IMG/VR virus record: IMGVR_UViG_3300010885_025649
Span: 62,001-126,000 of that record
Length of the DNA: 64,000 nucleotides
Direction: 5' to 3' (one strand)
Shown: positions 19,757-26,961 of the stretch, one piece after another
Layout of the letters: each line of letters begins with the position of its first letter
Position numbering within the stretch: position 1 is the first letter of the stretch
Made by a program: the position numbers and the translations under genes
Notes under the pieces: model-generated
The model's input: the letters and a program-made list of their open reading frames with translations, nothing else
Databases searched by the model: none
Told to the model about the DNA's origin: nothing

Positions 19757-20345
19757 CAGTGTTATTTAATATATCAAAAATGGCTCTATCAAGTTTATAA
19801 GGATCTGCATCAGGATTATTAAGATCAGGGGGTAGGTTATCTATAATCTTAAGATAATCTGGTGTAGATAATGTTTCTACTCTAACAATTACATCATCAT
19901 GACTAATCTCACGTTTCCCATAATAGTTTCTATAAGTTTGTTTATAAATACTATTTACAAGAATCTTAGGATCAGAAAACCAATAATTAAATCCAGAGAT
20001 AAACTTGATTAATTCTTCTTGTTGAGGAGAAGTATAATCTTTCTCTTTTAGCTTACGCAGTTGTTTCTTTTCTAGTTCTGCTAAGCGTAAAGCAGTAAAC
20101 AGAACATTTCTAGAAGATTGTTGTATCGGAACAATAGTAGCCATATCTACTTTTAATAAATGTGCTAATCGAATTGCATACCAATAAACATCTCCCGCTT
20201 CATCATATTTACTTTCTAAAGTGGTGGCTTCTAACAACTCACCAAATTCTCCAAGTAATCCCAACGTATAATAATTTACATCTTTAAACTGTTTAGATAA
20301 AGATAAGGTCTTATTATAATAATCAATTAATTTCATAATTACCAA
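19737..20345 (-). CDS. MazG-like nucleotide pyrophosphohydrolase
   Basis: LGLLGEFGEL…DEAGDVYWY. Confidence 0.75.
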   Translation of the reverse strand: MVIMKLIDYYNKTLSLSKQFKDVNYYTLGLLGEFGELLEATTLESKYDEAGDVYWYAIRLAHLLKVDMATIVPIQQSSRNVLFTALRLAELEKKQLRKLKEKDYTSPQQEELIKFISGFNYWFSDPKILVNSIYKQTYRNYYGKREISHDDVIVRVETLSTPDYLKIIDNLPPDLNNPDADPYKLDRAIFDILNNTDETNTD

Positions 20346-20527
20346 ATGGGGTCATAACAGATTATAAGAAAGTCATCCTTATATATATTAACGCAACTTT
20401 CAATTAAATCAGGAGGAATAATTACTGAGCAGTTATAAGAACACAACCGCTCAGTTGTTTTATTTAAAGCAGGCAGAGTATAATTAAGATCAAAAAGACA
20501 ATACTGTAGTGTACTAAAGCTAGTCAT
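20339..20527 (-). CDS. Hypothetical protein
   Basis: ORF tiles the operon. Confidence 0.4.
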   Translation of the reverse strand: MTSFSTLQYCLFDLNYTLPALNKTTERLCSYNCSVIIPPDLIESCVNIYKDDFLIICYDPIW

Positions 20528-20535
20528 TCTAATCT

Positions 20536-20730
20536 TTATAGACCTTCTTCTTCTTGATAAGTAATAATCAATAGGCTAATTAAATCAAGAAACTTTTGCA
20601 GATCTTCATCTTCAACTATAGTAAAAGTTAAATCAAGAAGCTCCCCTTGTATTTGAAGCAGCCGATTATACTCATCCATGGAATTAATAACTTCAGGTTT
20701 ATATTGTACAAGCAGATCAGTATAATTCAT
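20536..20730 (-). CDS. HigA-type antitoxin N-terminal domain without HTH (64 aa)
   Basis: Likely start MNYTDLLVQYKPEVINSMDEYNRLL at 20730 (AAGGA RBS) …FLDLISLLIITYQEE; ends before any HTH. Confidence 0.6.
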   Translation of the reverse strand: MNYTDLLVQYKPEVINSMDEYNRLLQIQGELLDLTFTIVEDEDLQKFLDLISLLIITYQEEEGL

Positions 20731-20791
20731 GATTAATCCTTTATAGTTTAAAAGGGCCTCACTTATTGCAAGGCCCTTAATGAAGTGTAGT

Positions 20792-21421
20792 TTAGTAGTA
20801 ACGTGGAGGAATTGGAGTAGAAGTTTGTACAGCAGGGGCCGCAACAACCGGACGAGGCCGAGATTGTACTACAGGCTTCAACCGAAGATGAATCGTTCTG
20901 GTATTTGCAGTATCCAGCGGCATAAACCCTGCAGTACCAAATTGCTGATCAGAAGCTCCGGTAAGACCGGTGCCCATAGCGCTATTGGTCTCATGCAAAC
21001 CTAAGGACGCAATGGACCTATACGAAATGGGCCTAGTACCCCGCTCACTACCAAGAAAACTCTTAGTGTAATAAGTACGAGGCTCCGGCAGTTTCTCTGG
21101 GGTAAATACTACAGTGATTAGTCCCAAACTAGGATTACTTTCATCCAAGCCCGCATATGCGCCATCAACTGAATTAGCAAATAAAGCAGTGAACTTACCG
21201 GAGTCATGATTACCCGCACATTCCAATGTAGCAATCTCACCGGGGTATAAGCGGTAAGTACCAATAACCTTTCCATCAATAGAGACTTGGGCATTAGCAC
21301 GCCGAGTCCAATCTCCATTATTCAATGTGATTCCATATTGAGTTCCATGTTCAATTTCTACATGCCCGGTGACACGTTCAGTACCTTTAGTCAGACTTAC
21401 CATAAAGTTGCCAAGTTGCAT
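20792..21421 (-). CDS. Conserved-looking hypothetical protein downstream of PspA
   Basis: Probable start MQLGNF at 21421 (GGAGA RBS); GC higher than the flanks. Confidence 0.55.
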   Translation of the reverse strand: MQLGNFMVSLTKGTERVTGHVEIEHGTQYGITLNNGDWTRRANAQVSIDGKVIGTYRLYPGEIATLECAGNHDSGKFTALFANSVDGAYAGLDESNPSLGLITVVFTPEKLPEPRTYYTKSFLGSERGTRPISYRSIASLGLHETNSAMGTGLTGASDQQFGTAGFMPLDTANTRTIHLRLKPVVQSRPRPVVAAPAVQTSTPIPPRYY

Positions 21422-21501
21422 TTTAGATCTCCGTTGTTGTTGTTGTTTCTTGTTGTTCTTCCCATTCAAATAATGAAATAGGACTTTCTTTCTTCGAGGC
21501 A

Positions 21502-22254
21502 TTATTCATGGATTGACTCCTTATTGGACAGTGGGAGATTCAATGGAGAGGAATTACCAGCAGCTAATTGGGCAAGGCGTTGCTCGATAGCATCACCTTG
21601 AACCATATCATCCAGTTGTTTACTAAGAGCATCAGCCGGATTTTCACTCAGATCTAGCTGTGCACTAACCCTAAGGTTCTTTCTTTCCACAGCATTTTTA
21701 GCTGCATCAAATTGTGAACGCGCAGAATCAATACTATAACTGTCATTAACTTTAGCCATTTGTGCTAAGGCCTCGTTAATTTCACTTATATCCTTCATAT
21801 TATCCAGTTGAGTTCTGTAATCTTCAAGCTGCTGTTGTTGCCGAGCTAATTTATCTTTAGCTTTAGCAACAAACGTTTCAGCTTGTTTAACTTGCTCAGC
21901 CATCCCAGGAAGAACTCCTTCAATTTGAAGTAATCTACCCATAGCTAAACGCGCCGCTTCGGTATTACCATTACGTTGAGCAGTTGCAGCTTGCTGCTCA
22001 TAGGTTTTATACTCCTTAACCTTCTCAGCATACTTTTGTTGTGCTCGTTGATACGCAGCAACTTGAGTAGCTACAGCTTGAGTTAACTCTTGCAGCGCCT
22101 GCTTCATAGATATGATAGACTGCTCTGCAACTTCAACAGCAACTTGACCACCTTCTTGAACTGGCTGACCAATCAACCAACTCCACCAACCCACAATAAC
22201 CCGACCTGCTTTCTCACCAAAGAGAAACATAACAGCATTTCTGACTAAACCCAT
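21502..22254 (-). CDS. PspA/IM30 (Vipp1) family protein
   Basis: Long coiled coil with EQSIISMKQAL, ARLAMGR and DSARSQFD…VERK; C-terminal LDDM…IEQRLAQL. Confidence 0.85.
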   Translation of the reverse strand: MGLVRNAVMFLFGEKAGRVIVGWWSWLIGQPVQEGGQVAVEVAEQSIISMKQALQELTQAVATQVAAYQRAQQKYAEKVKEYKTYEQQAATAQRNGNTEAARLAMGRLLQIEGVLPGMAEQVKQAETFVAKAKDKLARQQQQLEDYRTQLDNMKDISEINEALAQMAKVNDSYSIDSARSQFDAAKNAVERKNLRVSAQLDLSENPADALSKQLDDMVQGDAIEQRLAQLAAGNSSPLNLPLSNKESIHE

Positions 22255-22422
22255 GATTCAACTCCTGAGGGGTGACATGAAACGAAGATTGTTTACCAAT
22301 CTTCCAATAGGACTGGTTGGGAACGGGCCAACATCTTTCCCATTATCAGTAGAAAGCTTTACGTTAAGCTACAGTCCCAAGTATTTGAACTACTAACCAC
22401 AATCCTACCTAACACATACCAA

Positions 22423-22629
22423 TTAAGGTTTGGTGCGTTGAATTTCACTTGGTGGATAATAAGATAACGTCTTACATTTATCTTCAAGTTCATATATTCT
22501 ATCTCTTAATCTTTTATTCTCTATATCTGTTTGAAGTAGTAAATGACTAAGCCGCGTATATAAGTTAAGTATAGTAGCATAAGCTTTCTTTAACTCATCA
22601 TAATCCCTAAGCTTCTCAGGATCTGTCAT
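22423..22629 (-). CDS. Small coiled-coil hypothetical protein
   Basis: ORF with GAGG RBS. Confidence 0.45.
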   Translation of the reverse strand: MTDPEKLRDYDELKKAYATILNLYTRLSHLLLQTDIENKRLRDRIYELEDKCKTLSYYPPSEIQRTKP

Positions 22630-22664
22630 GCTACCTCACTCACAAGAATTATTTAGTTTTAAAA

Positions 22665-22747
22665 TAGGTGAGGTCAGATTCGAACTGACTAAGCCGGAGG
22701 CGCCTGTTTTACAGACAGGTGTAGCTAACCATGAATTAATCCCACAA
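22665..22747 (-). pseudogene. tRNA-Tyr(GTA) with degraded 5' end
   Basis: Stem CCTGT/ACAGG, loop CTGTAAA, long V-arm, T-arm GTCAG-TTCGAAT-CTGAC. The 5' acceptor and D-arm are replaced by the last codons of ORF 22736-23155. Confidence 0.7.
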
Positions 22748-23155
22748 ACCTGTGTAATATTTGCCAAATAATCTAAGACCGTTTTGTAACTTCTCCTGAT
22801 AAACCTGATACGCTTCTTTGTTAGGCAAAGTATTCATATAAAACTCATCCTCATTGTCAGGATGAATCTTATCAAAAGACCAAATCATTTGATCTAAGAT
22901 CCAATCACACCTGCGATGGATGTTATCTCCTTCAGGGGTATCATCTGTCTTAGGAGTAGTAGATCTAAGTTCTTCAGGTACATCTTCATCATCACTGTCA
23001 AAGCTACCATGTCTAGTTTCTTTAAGTTGTTTAAGCATGGGTAATATTATAAGAGCTAAGGTGCTATCCATACCCCAAGTATCATAAGGGTCAATCTGCA
23101 CAGATATTTCTCTAGGACTATTATCATCATTATATGGACCAAGTATTACTTTCAT
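22736..23155 (-). CDS. Conserved phage hypothetical protein (LRLFGKYY..LWD C-terminus)
   Basis: C-terminal motif recalled from T4-like phage hypotheticals. Confidence 0.6.
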   Translation of the reverse strand: MKVILGPYNDDNSPREISVQIDPYDTWGMDSTLALIILPMLKQLKETRHGSFDSDDEDVPEELRSTTPKTDDTPEGDNIHRRCDWILDQMIWSFDKIHPDNEDEFYMNTLPNKEAYQVYQEKLQNGLRLFGKYYTGLWD

Positions 23156-23404
23156 ATTATTCCTTAGGAAATTCTAATGGCTCTTTACGTGCAGCATTAT
23201 TAAGGAAAAGCCTTAGCCGCGTGTCAAAGTCTCCTTCTTTACCATCAGTAGCAATAGCTAAGTCTATATTAGTTGCTTTATCAAGTAGTTGTAAAATAGT
23301 TCCATATGCGTCTTTTTACTTAATAATCTATTTTTAATCTTATAACGCAACCATATTTCATACTCGCACATTAAACCTCCAGTTCATAGTGCTGCTTTAA
23401 TTAG

Positions 23405-23668
23405 TTAATTTTCATATCCTTCAAGATCCAAGTTTATTCTTCTAATAGCTTCTAGTTCAGTTCTTATATTAGCCTGAATAGCTTTTATAAAAGCATATCG
23501 TGCTTGTCGTTTAGAGGTGAAAGCTAGTTTAGGATCTATTGGGGTAACTCCTAACCGACCATCTGCATATCTAATATACCAATACTCTCCAATTCGTGTA
23601 GCGGGAACTATAGTTAAGCTACTAAAGTCCACTGCCCAACCTTTCTCCATAGCTATTTCAGGCATCAT
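23405..23668 (-). CDS. Hypothetical protein
   Basis: ORF with GGAGA RBS. Confidence 0.5.
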   Translation of the reverse strand: MMPEIAMEKGWAVDFSSLTIVPATRIGEYWYIRYADGRLGVTPIDPKLAFTSKRQARYAFIKAIQANIRTELEAIRRINLDLEGYEN

Positions 23669-23696
23669 CTGTAGTATCTCCTTAAGAATTGATTAA

Positions 23697-23732
23697 TGGG
23701 CTGTGTAGGAATCAAACCTACCTGAAGGCGTA
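23697..23732 (-). pseudogene. 3' half of an interrupted (outer) tRNA
   Basis: TACGC-CTTCAG-GTAGG-TTTGATT-CCTAC-ACAGCCC-A; pairs with the 5' half at 24483-24512. Confidence 0.8.
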
Positions 23733-23821
23733 TGGGAGTGTAGGGAATCGAACCCTAACACGGGGCCAGTCCAGCCCACTTGAGGATATAAATCTCACGA
23801 TGCTCCATACATCACACTCCC
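23733..23821 (-). tRNA. Class II (Leu-like body) tRNA with UAU anticodon, nested in the outer tRNA
   Basis: GGGAGTG/CACTCCC-A73, loop TTTATAT, about 22-nt V-arm, T-arm TAGGG-TTCGATT-CCCTA; one A-C mismatch at the stem base. Confidence 0.7.
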
Positions 23822-23828
23822 CTATTAT

Positions 23829-24419
23829 TTAAATATCTTTCTCTTTAACTTGTTCAGCAGCTAATTTAGCCCAGTAACCTCTTCCGGGTTTAACTATACC
23901 ATAACTATCACACCACTTACCAATACAACGATCAGATACCAAATAACGTTTAGCAACTTGTATTGTAGGTATTGTCCACACTAACACTTCTAATTCTTCC
24001 TTAGTGGGTCTTTCCGCTTGTCGTCTACTTAAGCCTGCACAAGAAAGACTACAATGTACTGTGTTTTTATTATCACTAAAGAAAGCATTACCACAAGACT
24101 TACATTCTTTAGTATCCTTGGATTGTTTTGCAGTTGTAACAGTTTCACCAATTGGCGCACCCCTATCAATCCAAGCATGTAATTTCATGTGCTGGCCTCT
24201 ATCAATAACTAATAAGTTATCCACAGCATTATTTCCTCGGTTACAATCTAAATGATGAACAACTTCATTAGGCAGTAATCATCTACCTATAAGCGTTTCA
24301 GCAATCATTATATGTTCATATATCCAACCATCCCAATTATCACTACTCATACTTGATATATTACCAGGGGCATAAACTAATTTATAACCATTTAGTTCTC
24401 TAGTTCTTTCTAATGACAT
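23829..24419 (-). pseudogene. HNH homing endonuclease with one in-frame TGA
   Basis: ATG at 24419; …YEHIMIAETLIGR*LLPNEVVHHLDCNRGNNAVDNL…H; TGA at 24279-24281; C-terminal Zn-ribbon and HTH. Confidence 0.85.
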
Positions 24420-24446
24420 TAATTTACCTAACTTTATAATATACTT

Positions 24447-24475
24447 ATTATATCACAGTCGAACATACTAATCAA
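24447..24475 (-). promoter_or_regulatory. Sigma70-type promoter of the HNH/tRNA cassette
   Basis: TTGATT-N17-TATAAT, at the start of the insert inside the outer tRNA. Confidence 0.7.
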
Positions 24476-24482
24476 CCCAACT

Positions 24483-24512
24483 TACGCTGCCTCCTCAATC
24501 GGCCAACAGCCC
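24483..24512 (-). pseudogene. 5' half of the interrupted (outer) tRNA
   Basis: GGGCTGT-TG-GCC-GATTGAGGA-GGC-A-GCGTA; 7/7 acceptor and 5/5 anticodon-stem complementarity to 23697-23732. Confidence 0.8.
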
Positions 24513-24563
24513 GTAAAATGCCCCTCAATAAACATGAACAGCAACTCTAAACCTTCACGCATA

Positions 24564-24698
24564 TTAATTCCTCTGCTCGGTTGTAGTGGGACATTGATAA
24601 TAAGTAATCTTGACATTTTGCATAGCACCAATAGCAATTGTCATCGCAAAGATGAATATCATTATCATCTTGAGACGTTCTGTTGTAAGCCATTCCAT
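24564..24698 (-). CDS. Small membrane peptide (44 aa)
   Basis: AGGAG RBS; MEWLTTERLKMIMIFIFAMTIAIGAM…; one TM helix. Confidence 0.45.
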   Translation of the reverse strand: MEWLTTERLKMIMIFIFAMTIAIGAMQNVKITYYQCPTTTEQRN

Positions 24699-24721
24699 GA
24701 GTAGCTCCTGTGAGGTTAATT

Positions 24722-24746
24722 AACCGCCTAGTTTAGACTCGAACTT
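24722..24746 (-). pseudogene. tRNA 3' fragment (T-loop plus acceptor)
   Basis: AG-TTCGAGT-CTAAA-CTAGGCG-G; no 5' part found nearby. Confidence 0.5.
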
Positions 24747-24785
24747 CATGATATAATATATTTATATCTATATTACGGGGACAAG

Positions 24786-25454
24786 ATGAGGTTATATACA
24801 GACGAAGAATATAAAGCAGCTAAAAATGAAGATACTTTAAAAATGCAATGTGATTATTGCAATCAGGAGTACATAAAGAGTAAAAGATCTATTTATAAGG
24901 GATTACTTAAAGGATCTACAAAACAATACTGTAGTAAAGAATGCCAAAGCGTAGGACAAGTTACTAGAGTTGCTGTTACCTGTACTAATTGTAATACAGA
25001 ATTTACTAAATCTAAATCTACTATTACCAAGAATAACTTTTGTAGTAGTAGCTGTGCAGCTACATTTAATAATAAAGTTACACCTAAAAGATCTCCAGAA
25101 GGAAGTTGCTTTACTTGTAAAGTTGCTATTGCAAAGAGTTTGAAATACTGTAAAGATTGCTATAAAGAAATACATCATGCCGATTGTACTTTAAAAAGTA
25201 TTAAATATGATAAACATCATAAATCCACAGCTTATGCTCTTGTGAGAACTAGAGCTAGAGCAATTGCTAAAAAGTTAGGTTGGTATAAATGCTACAACTG
25301 TGGTTATGATAAACATATAGAAATCGCTCATATTAAAGGAATAACCGATTTTCCAGAAGATACTTTAATATCAGTAGTAAATGATATAAATAACTTATTA
25401 CCTCTTTGCCCTAACTGTCACTGGGAATTTGATAATAATAACTTGATATTATAA
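24786..25454 (+). CDS. Free-standing HNH homing endonuclease with Cys-rich N-terminal repeats
   Basis: CxxC repeats, NNFCSSSCAATFNN; C-terminal CYNCG…EIAHIKGI…NNLLPLCPNCHWEFD; opposite strand to neighbours. Confidence 0.88.
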   Translation: MRLYTDEEYKAAKNEDTLKMQCDYCNQEYIKSKRSIYKGLLKGSTKQYCSKECQSVGQVTRVAVTCTNCNTEFTKSKSTITKNNFCSSSCAATFNNKVTPKRSPEGSCFTCKVAIAKSLKYCKDCYKEIHHADCTLKSIKYDKHHKSTAYALVRTRARAIAKKLGWYKCYNCGYDKHIEIAHIKGITDFPEDTLISVVNDINNLLPLCPNCHWEFDNNNLIL

Positions 25455-25500
25455 ATTTCTATTATTCTGTGATAATTAAGACGGGAATATCATAAACATG

Positions 25501-25522
25501 TCCCCGCACCAAGATTCGAACT
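25501..25522 (-). pseudogene. tRNA 3' fragment (T-loop plus acceptor)
   Basis: AG-TTCGAAT-CTTGG-TGCGGGG-A; breaks at the same T-stem position as 24722-24746. Confidence 0.55.
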
Positions 25523-25523
25523 A

Positions 25524-25600
25524 CGCCCCTGGTCCGAATCGAACGGACATTGACTCCGATTACTCAGCTACGCTTTAGAAGAGCGTTGAGGTACAGGGGC
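25524..25600 (-). tRNA. Atypical D-armless tRNA-Arg(TCT)-like RNA with long extra arm
   Basis: GCCCCTG/CAGGGGC, ACGCT-CTTCTAA-AGCGT, GTCCG-TTCGATT-CGGAC; only 7 nt between acceptor and anticodon stems. Confidence 0.6.
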
Positions 25601-25656
25601 ATGTTTACTATTGTTTGGGTTAGGCACAATAGAAAAAGCCCAGTGAAACTATTAAA

Positions 25657-25730
25657 TCTGACAGGTCGGATTTGAACCGACAACCTTTCCGCCCCAAACG
25701 GAACGCGATACCAAGTTACGCTACTGCCAG
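25657..25730 (-). tRNA. tRNA-Pro(TGG)
   Basis: Full cloverleaf; TTCCG-TTTGGGG-CGGAA; no CCA. Confidence 0.92.
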
Positions 25731-25777
25731 TAATATCAGTGTAGTTTTACACTGATTTATATATCATACCTTATTAT

Positions 25778-26332
25778 CTAGATCTTGTCTATATGTAGTA
25801 AGCGGAATCCAGCTTCTCTAAACTTAGCTTTAGCATCTGTCATTACAGCTTGGTCTCGTTCTATGCGTCTAATTAACTCATCTATTCCGCTCTGTAAATC
25901 ATCAAAACAAGGGACTTTATTAGCGCAGACAATTTCGACATTTCCTCGCCTCCAGTAAGTTGTGGGACAACAGACAATAAGCTGATTATTAGGTTCATCT
26001 CCATAAATTCCAAGCCGCAAACCCAGCTCTAATAAAGTAATAGGAGATTTTGAGTTAGGGGCAAAGTACATTAATATATATCTACTATTCTCTAATCCAA
26101 AGAGTTCCCAATCTACTTGAGCTTTGAATACAGGATTATTTATAGATTGTTCTACAGTAACATCCCATTTATCTCTCCGCGGATTTAGGATATCAATATC
26201 TAAATGATTCAATTGTTGTGTTACTTCTGCTTGCCAATCAATGGAATTACCTTGATCAATAGTTCCTGCAAGAAATACAGAAGGGCGATGATCAGGTTTC
26301 CACGGAGTGGGTGGTTTAAATATATTAGCCAT
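25778..26332 (-). CDS. Nucleoside 2-deoxyribosyltransferase-like protein
   Basis: SVFLAGTI…DWQ…NPRR…QVDWEL…SPITLLELG. True start MANIFKP at 26332; the ORF-track extension runs through tRNA-Cys. Confidence 0.8.
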   Translation of the reverse strand: MANIFKPPTPWKPDHRPSVFLAGTIDQGNSIDWQAEVTQQLNHLDIDILNPRRDKWDVTVEQSINNPVFKAQVDWELFGLENSRYILMYFAPNSKSPITLLELGLRLGIYGDEPNNQLIVCCPTTYWRRGNVEIVCANKVPCFDDLQSGIDELIRRIERDQAVMTDAKAKFREAGFRLLHIDKI

Positions 26333-26350
26333 ATTAATTATCCTATAAAG

Positions 26351-26421
26351 AGACCTCGACTGGAATTGAACCAGCCTAAAGAGTTTTGCAGACTCCCGTA
26401 TACCCAACCTACCCCGAGGTC
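26351..26421 (-). tRNA. tRNA-Cys(GCA)
   Basis: GACCTCG/CGAGGTC, U73, GGAGT-CTGCAAA-ACTCT. Confidence 0.88.
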
Positions 26422-26429
26422 AATGTTAT

Positions 26430-26960
26430 TTAAGTATACACCTTAAATACTTCTATATTCTGTGCAAAGTCACCTTTGCCTTTAAATATATCTATATCAG
26501 TATAAGTAACATATAAAAACACCTGTGCAATTTCATGTCCAGTAGGACCTTCAGTATCAAGTAGTGTTAACTCAGGAGCTAATGGACCTGATAAAACCTT
26601 TAGGGAAATATCAAAGCCACCAGTTTGGTCTAGTTCTTTATATTTTGCCTTATGACTAAAAGTAGAAGATAGACCCTCAAACTGAATGACTAAGAAATCC
26701 TGAAAGATTACAGGATAAGCATTATTAAATTCAGTAGTCTTAAGGATATTTCCTACAGTTAATAAACCATTAAAGGTCGGGGAATGAAACCTTTTAGATT
26801 CCTCTAACTCTACATTAAATGTAGACACCTCTTCTATTAAAATACTATGAGAAGAGTTAAGCTTAGGTAAAATACTAGTAAAGATAACTTCACCAGTTTT
26901 ACCTTTAAGAACTTTGGTATCAATCTTGAGCATGTGCCGACGAGTAAATCCCATAAACAT
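26430..26960 (-). CDS. Hypothetical protein
   Basis: ORF tiles the operon. Confidence 0.5.
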   Translation of the reverse strand: MFMGFTRRHMLKIDTKVLKGKTGEVIFTSILPKLNSSHSILIEEVSTFNVELEESKRFHSPTFNGLLTVGNILKTTEFNNAYPVIFQDFLVIQFEGLSSTFSHKAKYKELDQTGGFDISLKVLSGPLAPELTLLDTEGPTGHEIAQVFLYVTYTDIDIFKGKGDFAQNIEVFKVYT

Positions 26961-26961
26961 G

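Noticed and set aside
24279-24281. Genome-wide stop-codon recoding
   Set aside because: Long genes are intact in the standard code. Only one in-frame TGA was seen, in a mobile HNH, and no suppressor tRNA is in the window.
23733-24482. Insert in the outer tRNA as a group I or II intron
   Set aside because: No P7 (GAGACU/AGUC), terminal G or group II boundary motifs, and no anticodon loop would be restored by excision.
24775-25508. Imperfect inverted repeat T(A/G)CGGGGACA flanking the HNH
   Set aside because: Only about 9 nt match and one copy is explained by a tRNA acceptor fragment, so it is not accepted as a transposon terminal repeat.
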